A stretch of 56,036 bases of DNA, taken from positions 1 to 56,036 of the IMG/VR virus record IMGVR_UViG_3300002894_000009; one strand, written 5' to 3'. Made by a program: the position numbers and the translations under genes. The notes under the pieces were generated by a model, which made no database searches, was not told the DNA's origin, and saw only the letters and a list, made by a program, of their open reading frames with translations. Below are positions 54,981 to 56,036 of the stretch, piece after piece. Within the stretch, counting starts at the first letter, position 1. Each line of letters begins with the position of its first letter. The stretch is from a virus. Its lineage: Duplodnaviria; Caudoviricetes.

Positions 54981-55085
54981 CTTTTCGCGAAGTCCGCCTC
55001 CACATCGGTGGACGATCGCGCCGCACGGCCATCCCACCGACTTCCACTCCGAGATCGCTGCCGCGTCCTTTAGGACGGTGCGGCC

Positions 55086-56036
55086 TTATGGCCAGGACCC
55101 GTCGGTTCGTGACCGCGGATCGGACTTGCGCAGCGTCACGATGGTCTCCCGCAGCCAGCGCTGACTCGGCACCGCGTCGTTGGAGGCATGCCAGATCATC
55201 GAGATGGAGACGTCCGGCAGCGTGATCGGCGCCGGGCTCACGGTGAGCCCCATGCTGTCGGCGAAGAAGCGCGCGAGCCGCGCATGCATCGTGGCGATGA
55301 CCGGCGCCTGCCGCACCACGAAGGGCATCACCGAGAAGCGCGGCGAGGTCAGCGCGATGACCCGCTTGCGGCCGATCTTGGCCAGTGCGTCGTCCACCAC
55401 GCCGTGGGCGCTCTCCACGAGGCTGGTCAGCAGGTGGGGCAGCCGCACGTAGTCGTCGAGGGAGATCGGCGCCGTCACGCCGACGAGGTCGGCGTTGAAG
55501 ATGCAGAGGTAGCTCTCCTTGTTGAGGATCCGGCGCTTGTGGTGCGTCTGGCCCTGCTCGAACACGCCGATGCCGAGATCGACGCGGCCGGTATCGAGGT
55601 CGTCGAGGATGCGGTGGCGATCGACCGTGTGCAGCAGGAGCTTCACGCCGGGCGCCACCGCCTGCAGATGCGCGATGAGGGTGGGCATCAGCAGCACCTC
55701 GGTCGAGTCCGGGATGCCGAGGGTGAAGGTGATGTCGGCCGTGGCCGGATCGAAGGCGTCGGGCGGCGCGGTGATCTCTTGGATCTGCGCGAGCGCCGCC
55801 TGCACCGGCGCCATCAGCGCCAGCGCCCGCGGAGTCGGTCGCATGCCGTCGGGGCTCCGCGTCAGCAGCTCGTCCGAGAAGGTGGTCCGCAGCCGTCCCA
55901 GGGCGTGGCTCATCGCCGACTGGCTGATGCCGATCCGCCCCGCGGCCCGGGTCACGCTGCGTTCCGTCAACAGCGCGTCAAGGGCGACGAGCAGGTTGAG
56001 ATCGAGCCGACCGAGATGCACGTGATCGATGCGCAT
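55086..56036 (-). CDS. LysR-family transcriptional regulator (host gene)
   Basis: LDLNLLVALDALL-x-ERSVTRAA...SQSAMS-x2-L-x-RLR HTH; substrate-binding domain. Confidence 0.95.
   Translation of the reverse strand: MRIDHVHLGRLDLNLLVALDALLTERSVTRAAGRIGISQSAMSHALGRLRTTFSDELLTRSPDGMRPTPRALALMAPVQAALAQIQEITAPPDAFDPATADITFTLGIPDSTEVLLMPTLIAHLQAVAPGVKLLLHTVDRHRILDDLDTGRVDLGIGVFEQGQTHHKRRILNKESYLCIFNADLVGVTAPISLDDYVRLPHLLTSLVESAHGVVDDALAKIGRKRVIALTSPRFSVMPFVVRQAPVIATMHARLARFFADSMGLTVSPAPITLPDVSISMIWHASNDAVPSQRWLRETIVTLRKSDPRSRTDGSWP

Overview
The window holds an apparently complete ~53.9 kb temperate prophage (1071-54980) integrated at the 3' half of a tRNA-Pro(GGG) gene, with a 51-bp att direct repeat at each end. 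It is flanked by host genes for a LuxR-family regulator (left) and a LysR-family regulator (right). High GC, an alphaproteobacterial LexA box and GapR/CtrA-like genes point to an alphaproteobacterial host, probably Methylobacteriaceae or related Hyphomicrobiales (inference). The layout is lambdoid/P22-like: integrase and excisionase; a leftward early operon (HAD phosphatase, DUF5131, ASCH, C5 methyltransferase, receiver-less CtrA-like regulator, RecT-like recombinase); a cI/cro switch; a rightward early operon (Gp49-family, GapR-like, VRR-NUC, MT-A70, DUF559, replication initiator); a serine recombinase; podovirus-type head, tail and ejection genes with no tape measure; two receptor-binding branches; and a lysis cassette. 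The most unusual observations are: (1) a non-canonical tRNA-like RNA with an extended anticodon arm, between an HNH-type nuclease and a Rap1a immunity gene in a counter-oriented moron; (2) an RlpA plus fatty-acid-hydroxylase pair directly in front of the endolysin; (3) a serine recombinase preceded by a perfect 11-2-11 palindromic site; (4) a three-copy bipartite late-promoter motif, two copies with promoter-proximal terminators; (5) a LexA box and a DnaA box inside the immunity region; (6) a stand-alone peptide resembling the N-terminus of HigA antitoxins. All family assignments come from recognising motifs by eye; no searches were run.
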